A stretch of DNA of 64,000 nucleotides from Somniosus microcephalus (Eukaryota). A program made the translations under genes and the position numbers. Shown one piece after another: positions 11,406-22,400 of this stretch. Every line of letters starts with the position of its first letter. Within the stretch, counting starts at the first letter, position 1. The notes under the pieces are model-generated. The model was not told the origin of the DNA. It made no database searches and saw only the letters and a list, made by a program, of their open reading frames with translations. Where the stretch lies: NCBI GenBank assembly GCA_052327205.1, contig CM126224.1:25606001-25670000 (forward strand), in the 5' to 3' direction.

Positions 11406-14264
11406 TGTTACTGTACCCGGCATGTCCAGCGCATTTACCCACAAGTTACTGCATGTCAAAGTAATTGTATGTGTCTGAGAGATTTGATGCTATTTAAATA
11501 CAAATGTATTTTTCTTAAACAATTTAAAATATTTGCCCCACTCTGAATTCTGGTTTAAGCCCCCGCCCCATTGTTTACTCCCCCTTTTTTTCTGGTCTCA
11601 CTGATGTACCAACTGTAGTTGTTGATGTTTATTTAGCTTCTCTTCATAGCAGCGTGGCTGAAATCAGGAGCTTTCAGACATTAGCCCATCTCCCATTATT
11701 TTGTTGAGCAGCCTGTTGGGGCTCCAAGGCACTCTACTCACATTCTTGTACGTATATTCTGTTTTTAGAAACAGATATGTTTGTAAGGCACTGCAACTTG
11801 AATAAACTGTTATTTCTATCAGGAGAGGAACCACATGGGTCTTCAATCATTGTGAAATAACTTCGGCAATCAACTGTAATCAGTTGCAACCCAACCTGTG
11901 ATCATCTGTGCATGTATTATAAGTATTAATGCAAGTAGCCTTGAATAATAGGATCATGACAAATATTCAGTGCAAGAGCCTTGATGCTGAAAATGTTCCT
12001 GTCATCCAATGTTGCTAGTCAGTCGGCGGGAAGTATTTGCAATTAGGGATGTCATAATCTACAAAACGATGACGACAACCCTTAAGTAATCAAATTAAAG
12101 GGTGCAGATGACCTCATAATCTCAAAGAACAAAGCTTTTGTCAACTGTTAGTTATCTGAGCCCTATGTTTGGATTACTGCCTCGTATTTTCTTTCAGATA
12201 TCATTCATAACGTACACCAGATGGAGAATTTTTATTAAAAATTATTTTCTGTATTCTTGCTGTGTTATTTCCAGAGATTTCCTGGTGTAAGTTTGAAATA
12301 TAACTTAAAGCAAAGGATATTGCAAATTTTCTGATTCATTACTTGAAGGTGTATTAGACATGACAGGACATGCATTTTATTTTGCTTGGGGTGGGGGGTT
12401 GGTGCTGAATTGTTTTGATGGACTAAATGAAAATTAGCAATCCGCTATATTCTAATATTACAACACACAATCCACAGTTACACTGTCTCTCATTATAGTG
12501 ATAACTGTGAATTATAATTGTCATGGAATGGTCATAATTGAGCCTTTTTATCTGCACAAAAAACTTGTATTTTCACAGTGCTAAATGTCTCATAAGATGT
12601 ACAGAAAATCCTTGCGTGCCATCTCAATTTTTAGTTTGCAGGATTCTTGTGTTTTGGAATAGTATGAATTTATATTTACCCGGCAATGAAGAAAGCTGAA
12701 AGTTTACCATCTGTATGACTTAAATTTACATGAGCATTCCAAACTGCAGCTTTAGTATGTGTCAGCAATACCATGGTATTTACTGTGGTGTTTAAAAAGG
12801 ATTTGTAGCTGCTACAGATTTTTTTTCCCATTGCCTGTTTCTGTAATTGTACAGAGGTTTATTATTTAGCAACATTGAAATTGATTTTTTTAAAATTCTA
12901 CACTGCTAAGTTTAAAAATAAATATCTTGTGCAACTGTGAAAGGAGAAATTCTGATGGTGGCTTGGCTTGTAAACCTGTCTGCAATGAGCAGTCTGGGAT
13001 CCGCTCCAGATCTTGATGTAAATGATGGCTGTGGTTCAGCATACATTCAGTGACAGAGTGTAATGTGTGATTAGTTTGACAGTTCTCAGCCGGCTGCTTG
13101 GTGGGAAGGATTTGACCATGGTAAACTAGCCCAACAGATTGGCAAAATGAGAGAATCCTTTTGCTAACGCCCAGCAAGCTGGTTGTGAATGTGCTGTTCA
13201 CTGAGAGTTTCTCCTGTTGGTTTAATCTGGTGATGGTACATTGTTCAGATTCTGTAGGGAAGCTTGCAGCATTGTTGGCCACATTTCCATCTTGAAGGTG
13301 TTGCTGATGCTTGAATTAGAAAAAAAAACCTGCCTGGAATTAGCACAAGAATGAAGAGTAGAGGGAGAAGGAAGTTTAAAAAACCAAACAAAGACTGTTG
13401 TCTCTCTCAAATACTAATCACTTGAACAAAGTAATTCTCAGTTTAGCATATATCCTCTCCATGTTTAGTGTGTTTTTTAAATTAAGACAAAACATGAAAA
13501 GTGATAAACAGCCAGTTTCCTTCTAGTCAGTACATCTCAATCTTTCTGAAATGTTACTTAATTCCATTGGATAATTAACAATGGTATGTTGTTGGGTAGA
13601 GACTGCGGGTTCATAATACCTGCTGGCAGTAACGGCAATGGTTTACAAATTGTACTATAGCTTTGTCTTTTGTTTCACTTCACGGATTGTAATTATCAAA
13701 TTCAACTGTTATTTGCCGTCGGCCACACAATAAGGCCGAGCAAGAAGTCACCAAAATGCTTGTGGTGCATCCAGATAGCTGCTTTTGTATCCAATTCATG
13801 GGTTAAAATTGGAATTTAAAAGCCATTTTTGTAGTTCAGATTAAATTTTAAAGACGGCCGACAGAGTTCAAAGGGCAAGGTAATGTGGGTGGAGGGATCG
13901 GATTTATTCCAAGATTGAGGAGGACGGCGCTAGTCAAATGCACCTTCTGGTTGAGTGGAATAAATTTGGCATTTCATTGTTCATATTCTGTATTTTATTT
14001 GCACAACATTTGATTTAAAAGATGACATTTAATAAAATTTGGCAATTGTAATCTTTTCCCTCCCCCACCCAAAAAAGGGATTTATTCTGAAATATACTTT
14101 GGACTGAAATATATTGTATGGCTATTTTGTAAGTAACTTGGCTGGGGGGGTGGGGTGGTGGTGCGGTGGCAGGATACTGCTCTGAATTTTCAGAATCGGG
14201 CACACTATTAGAGTCCAGAGGGAGATCTAACTTGCATATATTTCCACTTTCTCTGTTCCTTTTT

Positions 14265-14480
14265 GAGTAGTGTCATGGGATCTTTAACATCCACCTGTAG
14301 AGGCAGATGGTGCCTCGGTTTAACATTTCATCCAGATGACCACGCCTCCAAAAATGTAGTACTTCCTCAGAACTGCACTGAAATGTCAGCCTAGATTGTG
14401 CTCAAATCCTGGACTGGGGCTTGAATGCACGACCTAACTCTGAGGCAAGAGTGTTGCCACTGAGTCAAGGCTGACATTTA
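14265..14480 (-). mobile_element. DeuSINE (SacSINE1-like) head plus Deu domain
   Basis: agtgtcatgggatctttaacatccacct is the reverse complement of the Deu motif; tRNA-like head near 14410-14478. Confidence 0.75.
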
Positions 14481-16317
14481 GCTTACAAGCTTAATGTCTT
14501 TATTTGCATCCGTGGTCAGTGTTTCTGGATTGTAAAATCAGAACAAAACACATGAAAGTTTTAAAGATGTAAATTACTAGTATTTGTGTAAACCTATTGA
14601 CAAAAAGTACTTTATGGATGCTGGAACTGCAACTTGGAAGGAAAGTTACAAAGCAAATCTTTGGAGTAATGAGATGAAGGTTCAATTTTATACCAACCGT
14701 TGGAAGCTCTTTCACTTCTTCCCTTCCCTGCTGCCCTTATAGATTTGTCAACTCCAAATAAGAATGCAAAAAAAACTTATTTCTGCAAAAATGTAGCCTC
14801 CCAGCAGTTTTTCAAAAAAACTTTTCCAGAAAATCTCCAATATGGTAACGATGATAAACAATTTGAACCATCCCTATTGAGAAACAAGGCCTTTTGATCT
14901 TCAGCACTAATTGGAATTCAATTTCATCTCCAAGCTTTGTGTATAAATTGAAATGTAGCTTGACTTTAAACTACTCTACAGGGTTTTGTGTCCTTTTTAA
15001 TGAAAATTTCCAACAAAATCTTGAATAAGTAGTTCCCCCTCCCTGTTGAGCAAAATGTTTTGAAATGACAATTTAATTTAGATGTAGGAGATGAAGAACT
15101 TATTTATAAAGTGGGACTTACGACATAGAATCAGTCTTGATGTCCAAAGGTCTGAGCTGAGATCAGTTCCACAGATGTGGGAAAATCAGTGACCTCTCTG
15201 CAATCTGTTAAGGATCAGAAATACAAGGAGTTGCTGGCTATCTTTAAATAATCCTAATTTTATGAGTCCACAGAGCAGAGCTACTTGGATTTTTCATATC
15301 ACTTCCCTAGAACTTTTCTGTGGTTGAGAATTATTGTCAAGTCAATGCTTTTTAAAGGATGTGGATTTGTAAGCTTAATATCTGACTAAGGGAGTTTTAA
15401 GCACAATCTTTAAACGGGTTTCAGATGTATTCATATCTAAAGCAGAAAAATGTTACAATCTTCAGTGGGTGTCAAGAACAGCTGATCTGACAAATTCTCA
15501 GTCTTGTTCGCTTCATTTTGTTTAAATTCCGGAGTGAGGGAATTGGTACTAAAAAAAGTAGCTGACAGCTACACGAATCATGACACAAAAAATGATTGCT
15601 GTTTTAGATTGCCAAAGTCCAGCGCATCCTTTTTGACACCAATTTAGAATGGAATATTGCAATCTAATTAAATAGTGACTCACCAATTTGTTTAAGTATT
15701 GTGCAAATCACTTCATGCAGTTTTTGACTTTTGATGCCTGTTGTACTTCATCTGATTATACACTATTCCACATAGAACTAAAACTCAAATTACTCTCTGT
15801 ATTTCTGAAAAATTACTCTCTCTGAAAAATAATCGGGACAATTTGACTATCTATCTGTTTGCTTGTCTATATTTCTAGAAGAGATAACTGGGTAGATATT
15901 GTACAGTACTTTGCACCTTCTGGTAAATTCACTTTTGGTATAGAGGAGATATATTTTCTCTAAGTGCCATAACTTCATATGTTGCAACAAACTGTCAATT
16001 TAGAACTTCACAAATTGATTTTATAACCGAGTTTTTCATCTGATCCTAAATACTGCTCTTTGTGAGTTTGGTTTATCCGTCTCAGTCTAAACACTATCTG
16101 GTGTGAGCAGCTTTAGATTAAACCAGCCACAGCTGTGCAGTTGTCTACATTAAAATGCAATCTGTATTAAAACAGGTAATGTCGTCTGTTCTGTTAAACT
16201 GTTTTAATCCCGATCTAGATGTAGTCAATATAATCTAGAAATTATTAAACTTGCTGAAAGAGTTCCAAATGTTCTTCAACTGACTTTTATAATTGATTAT
16301 TATTCCTCTTATTGCAG

Positions 16318-16430
16318 TAATGCACCGCAGAGTGGATTCTCTCTCATTCAAGTTGACAGTATGAATGTCACCATGAAGGAGATTCTGCAGAAGGCTCTAA
16401 AAAGGAGAAAAGGTTCACAAAAGGCTGCAG
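16318..16430 (+). CDS. MAPKAP1: MAPKAP1/SIN1 internal coding exon (113 nt, phase 2-1); Ras-binding domain, first part
   Basis: Acceptor cctcttattgcag| and donor CAG|gtaaaa. In frame with the previous exon it reads (I)[37 protein letters not shown](G), matching SIN1 [38 protein letters not shown]. Not in the ORF track because it is too short. Confidence 0.96.
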
Positions 16431-17654
16431 GTAAAAATGAAAAGCCAAGAATTTTAAAGTGACTAAATTGAGTAATACACAATGTTGTGTTTTAATGGAC
16501 ATTGCTGTAATGTGACGAGTGACTCTTGCATCTGTGCTTTTATAATTGTATGGCATTTTTGGTACATTTGGTTCTTTAAACTTTGCATTGTTAAAACTAG
16601 CCTTCCCATTTTTAACATTTAGATTGCTTATAGGTTCAGAAAAACTGTTGTTCCCCAGGCTGCCTATATTTGTACATTTTCAGCTAATGCACTGATGCTG
16701 AAAAAAGGTGTAATATATTGATACAGAAATATCAGAGAAATTACCCTAAGCTACAAATCAAAATAGCTAAACCACAATTTTACATAAAAGTAAAAAATCA
16801 CATTGCCTGTGTTTGCCATTGTTGTTTCTCCCTCCTTAGTTATTCTTTACCCTTTTTTTAGTTTATTTTAATTTTATTCTATTCCAGCCATCTCTCCTAT
16901 TTCCACACATTGTTTTTTTTCCCCCATCTTCTGTGCTCCCAGCATCTATTTTCGAGCTGGGAGTAACTTATTTTTTTTTAAAAACACTACCACATGGTTG
17001 GTTAAAACCAAAGGCTGGTTAAATCAAATGACAAAGGCCTGAATGTTAACATCTGTGTCAAACAGGAACAGGCTTCCCAAGGATGAGTCTTCTCATTGAC
17101 AACTCGAGAAGGAAGAGTGCATCTGGATGAGTGAACTTTGTGGTTCGCTTCACTTTCTTTTTCCCATATTAAAAAGGCCTAAGATTCATTTTGTAAACAG
17201 ACCGTTAACAAAAATACACCAGCAAAGTTGCTGTGGATTTGGTGCAAGGGAATCGCCTTGTTGGACACAATTTCAAAACATTTGCTTCATTAAAATAGAT
17301 GTATCTGGAGCTTTGTGGGGGTAACATAAAAACACATTTCTAAGAGAACTAATTTTGGGAGGCAACTTAATATTATTTATCCTTCTAGGCGGAGAAAGTA
17401 CTGATTCTTTATACTTATCCGTAGCTTTAAGATCTCTCAAGACTTGACCTTATTTCCCTTTGACATTTTTATATGTTTGATTTTTTTTTGGTCCAACTTT
17501 CTCCCTTCCACATCTTTCACCTTTGGATACTACTCTTGTTAGGGTATGGTTCACAGGAGCTGGAGCTGTACTTTGGCCAAATGGTCATCCATTATACAGC
17601 TGTGCGAGTGAACGATGAATGTCGGCAAGCCAGTCAATCATGAGGCATCACAGC

Positions 17655-18380
17655 TACAACAACAACAGCTGGCATTCATATAGGCCTTTAATGTAGGAAA
17701 ATGTCCCAAGATACTCATGAGCATAATCAGACAAAAATTGACACCGAGCCAAAGAAGAAAATATTGGGATGGGTGATTTAAAAGCTTGGTCAAAGAGGTA
17801 GGTTCTAACGAGGGTCTTAAAGGAGGAGAGCGAGACAGAGAGGCAGAGGTGTTTAGAGAGAGAATTCCAGAGCTTGGGCTTAGATGACTGAGGGCACAAC
17901 CGGCAATAGTGGGGTGTAGGTTAGTGGGGGATGCATATGTGCATAAAGTTGGGGGAACACAGAGTTCTTGGAGGGTTGTAGGGCTGTGGAGGAGGTTACA
18001 GTGAAGGGCCATGGAGGGATTTGAACACAAGGATGAGAATTTTAAATTTGAGGTGTTGGCAGACCGGGAGCCAGTGTAGGTCAGCGAGCACAGGTGTGAT
18101 GGGTGAACGGGACTTGGTGTGGGTTAGGATACGGGGACCCAAGTTTGGTGAGCTCACGTTTATGGATGGTGGAAGCTGGGAGGTCAGCCAGGTGAACATT
18201 GGAATAATCAAGTGTGGAGGCAGGGGCGGATATGGGCCATGTTATGGAGGTGGAAGTCGACAGTCTTTGTGATGGTGAGGATATGGGGTCAGGAGCTCAG
18301 TTCAGGGTCAAATAGGGTGCTGAGGTTACCAATACTCTGGTTGAACCTGAGACTGTGGCCAGTGAGGGGAGGGAACTGTT
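17655..18380 (-). mobile_element. L2 LINE 3' portion
   Basis: Minus ORF TKSRSPITPVLADLHWLPVCQHLKFKILILVFKSLHG; (CAA)n tail at 17655-17668; homologous to 2151-2782. Confidence 0.9.
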
Positions 18381-18524
18381 TACAATGTCAGCTGGCATGG
18401 GGGCCAAGAAAGGAAGTTGGGTAGTCGGCACTTTAGTGGGAATAGAAGTTGAGAGCAGGACGTGGGTCTCATGGGCAAGATTACTGAGCCCAATCCTGTC
18501 CTCAATCAATTTTTATATGAACTT

Positions 18525-18700
18525 TTCAGTAGGGGTTGCTGAATAGCAATCAGGGGTGGAAAACCTGACATTTCTTCATTCCACCCCCAGCTCAGGGAGA
18601 CTGCAACAATAATCGCATCCTGGCTGAGATCAGCTAACCCAGTGAGAACTGAACTAACAGACTGGGAATTGAACCGGAGACCACCTGCTCCTAGTAACTT
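18525..18700 (-). mobile_element. Old tRNA-head SINE-like repeat (same family as 40810-41225)
   Basis: The reverse complement has a B-box-like ggttcaattccc, then gttagctgatctcagccagg...cctgattgctattcagcaacccctactgaaaag. Confidence 0.55.
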
Positions 18701-18777
18701 AATATCCTATGATATGTAGCAGATAGGGTTAAGGGGGCTCTAAAAGACTTTCCGAATTCTGAAAGGTTCAAAGAGGG

Positions 18778-19129
18778 TACAGGAAACTTCGTGATATCCG
18801 GCACCGACGGGACCAGCGTGATGCCGATCTATGAAAACTTCTGGACAGACCAGCGCTAATGTTGAAGGATACGGAGGTTTTCATCTCCGTATCTGACAAC
18901 AAACACTGTTGCTTAGCAACAGCTTGTAAACAGTCGGCCCGTACCTTGGAAGCGTCTCTGTAGCTTAGCAACAGCTTCAGAGAGGCTTTCCAGAGACTGA
19001 CTGTTTAAAAAAAAAAAAAAAAAAAAATGCTAGGAGAAGAAAAAAAAACTAACAAAATGGCTGCTGATTTCTGCCGTTAGATCGAGGTTTCCGGACATAC
19101 AACCTCCGGATAAACCAAAGTTTCCTGTA
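18778..19129 (+). mobile_element. Tc1/mariner-pogo(Tigger)-type MITE, copy 1 (TA TSD included)
   Basis: TA|CAGGAAACTT ... AAGTTTCCTG|TA inverted termini, subterminal TCCGG motifs, about 350 bp; homologous to 35062 and 60674. Confidence 0.92.
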
Positions 19130-19139
19130 AATAGTGAAA

Positions 19140-19450
19140 GGTTGTTTCCACAGGTTGGTAACAAGATGGCATAGTCTGAGATTATCACTGGGCAATGAAG
19201 GGGGAAGTTAGAAGGCATTTTTTCCCATTGTTGTTGGAGCATGAAATACTTTACCACAAGTAGCTGCTGAGGCAGAGATTATAACATTATTTAAAAGGAA
19301 ATTGGATAAATCTTTGAAAAGGAAGAATATAATATGATGCGAGGAAAAGAGCAGGAAAATTAGGTTAGAGTTGAGAGTTTTGGTTCAAGAGTTAGCAGGT
19401 GCAGTGGGCACATTGGCCTCCGTTTGTGCTAGTAGTTCTGTAATTCTTTT
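19140..19450 (+). mobile_element. Old CR1 3' end
   Basis: ttaccacaagtagctgctgaggcagag...tttaaaaggaaattggataaatctttg...gggcacattggcctccgtttgtgct resembles the CR1 ORF2 end and 3' UTR. Confidence 0.6.
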
Positions 19451-22400
19451 GACTGGTGCTCCAATACTGTCATTTACTAGTCTTTCTGTCAGTGCAGGTA
19501 CTATTTAGTACTCAGTAATATAGATCCATTACCATTGATGACCATTGCAAAATGAGAAAATAATCTTGAAGTTGGGATAATGGAAACAAGATTGTAATAA
19601 TTTTCTTTGTAATAATAATGAACCTATCTAGGAACTATCTGCACTAGTTCCATTTTAGTATTTAATAATGGCACACCAATACATTAAAAACAGACTATGA
19701 AATTAACATCTCATTCATTGTATTATGATGTTCAGTTCACTTTTCAAACAAACTGTAAAATAGGGGTAAGTAATTAATTCAATCTTTTAAAAGTTCTTAC
19801 AAGCTGTTCTGCAGATCTTTTAGGGATACATTTAAAAAGACAAACCGACTTACTCTGACATCCATCAAGGGGATTCCAGTAGACCATGTCCACGAGCTGG
19901 CATTGTTGGTGGCATAGTTTGGTTCATTTCAAGACTAATTGGTAACTTTTTTCAAAAAATACCTAGAAAAGTGTAATCCCTGTAGAGATTTTGCAAAAAC
20001 TTATTAAAATCTCAGTGGGGTCTGAGCTTAAAAGACCACTCCTGATTGGTCTGGAAACGTACCAACTGCAGTGTTGTTAGTGCTAGGTAGTGGATGCAGT
20101 CCATGGGGATCCCCTTAGTCGATGTCATCGGAGCATGTCGGCTTGACTTTTTAATGCACCAGATGGATAGCCTTCAGGGCTCTATGGAAGGGTCCGAAAA
20201 TATGAATTCTAAAATAGACTACTTTTTTGTTGGGGGGGAAAAAAAGGTTTGTTAAGTATCTAATGTTTATTCTTGAAGTCCTTCAGCCTTTTTAATGTGA
20301 AACTCAGGAGTTGGTGGATCTTTAAAACACTTACCATATGAATATTTCTAATCTTCTATACCCGAATGTGAAATAGTAAAACATCATTAGCTACTACATG
20401 TAAAACTGTCTAGTTGTGGACAAAGGTACATGTATTTTGGATATCTTTTTGTCATGGATTAGTTTTTAAATCCCATACACCACTGAAGTTTAAAACACAC
20501 ACGAAGTATTTCACACAATCTGATGTATAAAGCATACCGATCCACTCTCGCCCGAGTTAATGGTTTCTAATGTACTCCGGTTTCTGTCTGTGTTTAAACC
20601 AATCAGAGTTCTTTTACGTAAAAGGTTTAACATTGAAACCTCATCCACAAAATACCATCAGATTGTAAAAGTAGATTTTCAGCAATTTTTCTTTTTTAAA
20701 AAGTCTTTTCTGGAGTATAATCTGTCAAAGATTTAATTAACTATCTGGGGATGAGACGTGAAGTTTTATTAAAAGTTTCAATAGATAAAGTAGAAAAGGA
20801 CATGGATGAGCTGTCTCAAGGCCATATTCGGTGGGGCCGATAAGAGCTGTAAAAAATGGCAGAGGAGCATTTAACACTCTGAAATCTGATTCACATAAAA
20901 AGCCGGTAGGGTGGTTGTGGATCAAACCTGCTAGCGTCTGCAAGCAATTTGGCCACTTGCCAAGAGCCATTGTTCACCCTCAGCTGTGGCATTGCAGTCC
21001 AGATGTGCCAACTGCACGTTCTGATTTTGCCAGCTGACTGCGCCGTTTGATAACCAGCTCTCTGGATGCCCATCACTGGCCGCAGAGATAGAATTAAATG
21101 ATGATGATCTCCCCACAAGTTGCAGGAGGAAGCAATGCATATAAATCTTGATTTCATCTCAGCATGAGAAGTCTTTATCCATCATCACTCATAATGAACA
21201 AGTCGTTAGCTTCGATGAATGGTTCTGTATTTTTGAGAGCTGCTTTTGTTCGCTTTTTGGGTGACTTTATGCATTCTGGGGGTCACATTATCTCGCTAGC
21301 AAGGGAGAGATTAGTTCATCGTGCCAGGGTAATGTTTAAACAGTTCTCTCCTGCATTAGAGGGCTCTCAGCTATGACCAGAAAAACATTACTTAACCTGT
21401 GCATTTCAATCCACTTTGAAATTTTAGTTCATTTTTATTTTGCTGGTTACTATTTCTGGAAGTGTAGTACAGTACCTGGAGTGGCTTCAGTAAGTAGGTG
21501 AAGCCATTGTTTAGTAATGAGTAAATTCTGCATTCTGCAATACCAGTGCATAAAGGTACATGAAATGAAAATATTACATCCCATATAGAAAACATTTCTT
21601 TAAATGTTTTTTTTAAATGTAAATATTGACTAACACTAATTCTGGTATATGATGAAAGCACAAGTAGCATTTTTCAAGTGCCAAGTTAATAAAAATGTTC
21701 CAAAAATAGTTTTGAAGTATAACTCTTGTATCTAGTGTCAATAATTTGTATTGGTATTTTGGTACATTACAGAATGAATAATTACTGTGTTTTATCAATT
21801 GCGTTAGCTCAATTTAATGCCTCCTGTACCTCACAAAGAAACTGAAAAGCAAGCAATATTTTCAAAGGGCTTTTCATGTTTGCAAAAAAAGAGTCGATGC
21901 CCAGATTGGAATATGATTATCAGTACACTGTGGGGGGGTGGGGGGGGGGGTGAGGGAGTGAGGAAAGAAACAAACTTGAGTTGGACAGCTTTGAAACTTT
22001 TTGTTTCAGATGACTGATGGTTAACTTGTTAAGGAATGGTTGTGTAATGGCTTTATAAAAGTCATTTAAGCATTCAAAAAGAAATCAAATCAACCAGTCA
22101 CACTCGTGATAACTTTCATCAGTCCGGGCAAAGAAAAGAGTGAGACCAGCAGTTTTTCACAACAGCAAGTGTGTCTTCTGTCATTGAAAAGCCCATATCT
22201 CACTTGTGTGTCCTTCAGCTGAAAGGAAGAAAATGATGAAGTGTGCAAAAAATGATAAAGTATAGAAAATATTGTATAACCCTATCAATTCATCAACACA
22301 GCCATCGTAAGATGTTCTTCAGTTTAAGTACTTGAATTAATGAGCTTACAATGACCATTCCGGTGCTATATATCTACTAAAATATATAAATGGTTCCGCT

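Noticed and set aside
12890-13282. 130-aa minus-strand ORF as a nested gene
   Set aside because: No homology that I recognise; better explained as a chance ORF over a candidate CNE.
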